From positions 240,001 to 272,000 of the forward strand of contig JACQJH010000001.1 of NCBI GenBank assembly GCA_016205145.1: a stretch of 32,000 bases of DNA, given 5' to 3'. Source of the DNA: Candidatus Iainarchaeum sp. (GTDB lineage Archaea > Iainarchaeota > Iainarchaeia > Iainarchaeales > JACQJH01). Below the pieces are notes generated by a model that worked only from the letters and a program-made list of their open reading frames with translations, made no database searches and was not told the origin of the DNA. Positions 31,681-32,000 of this stretch are shown here, piece by piece. The stretch's first letter is position 1. Each line of letters opens with the position of its first letter. The position numbers were made by a program, and so were the translations under genes.

Positions 31681-32000
31681 AACGGAAAATTTCGAAGAAC
31701 ATTTCCGACACGTTTTTTGCGCCCTGGCCCATGCGCGAAATGAGGTTCGGCGACTTCCACTTGTGGTGCGAGGGCGCAAACAACCCCTCGCCCGTTTTTT
31801 TGCCCATTTCCCTGAACGACCTGTCAACGAAACCTGTTTTGACGGCTCCGGCTTTCCTTTTCTCCATTTCGGAGACCGTGCCGTGCAGGAGGAACGAGAA
31901 AAAGCCTATGGTGATTTTGAGGATTGCCGCAACTATTCCGAAGACGAACAGCCAGAACCCGAAGACTTGTGCGTTAAGCTGCATTGCAATGAAGCCGAAG
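31679..32000 (-). CDS. hypothetical membrane protein (the 5' end may lie beyond the window)
   Basis: The reading frame is open to the window edge, with a possible ATG at 31984. Hydrophobic N-terminal part VFGFWLFVFGIVAAILKITIGFFSFLL. No homology recognised. Confidence 0.45.
   Translation of the reverse strand, partial: FGFIAMQLNAQVFGFWLFVFGIVAAILKITIGFFSFLLHGTVSEMEKRKAGAVKTGFVDRSFREMGKKTGEGLFAPSHHKWKSPNLISRMGQGAKNVSEMFFEIFR

Overview
This window looks archaeal. It has a family-B DNA polymerase, a type-2 methionine aminopeptidase, intron-containing tRNAs, A/T-rich TATA boxes about 20-30 nt upstream of start codons, and frequent ATGA/GTGA stop-start overlaps. Nearly all genes are on the minus strand. 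Left third: a partial U32 peptidase, a small DUF2283-type toxin/antitoxin-like pair, asd, tRNA-Met with a non-canonical intron, a divergent RpiA-like gene, an orphan radical-SAM/SPASM enzyme, an aspartase/fumarase-family lyase, a 2H-phosphoesterase::metallophosphatase fusion, and tRNA-Thr. Centre: a histidine super-cluster. In minus-strand order it reads tRNA-His, hisD::HAD, hisC, hisB, hisH, orf134, hisF, hisA::hisI, hisG, DUF1801, a hisS 3' relic, a methyltransferase, then hisS. tRNA-Leu and tRNA-Arg lie upstream of tRNA-His. The tRNA-His gene carries a 153-nt intron built almost entirely from four tandem 36-nt hairpin repeats. Right third: a four-gene operon of secreted or membrane-anchored proteins that includes a 1329-aa beta-helix adhesin-like protein; map; polB, with His at the steric-gate Tyr position; and a HerA/DUF87-like protein with degenerate Walker motifs, flanked by coiled-coil protein genes. 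A family of short hairpin elements with conserved flanks and compensatory stem changes recurs at least seven times in intergenic DNA, mostly abutting tRNA genes. I consider this family, together with the repeat-filled tRNA-His intron, the most likely undescribed feature. All calls come from reading the sequence and the ORF translations; no database search was run.
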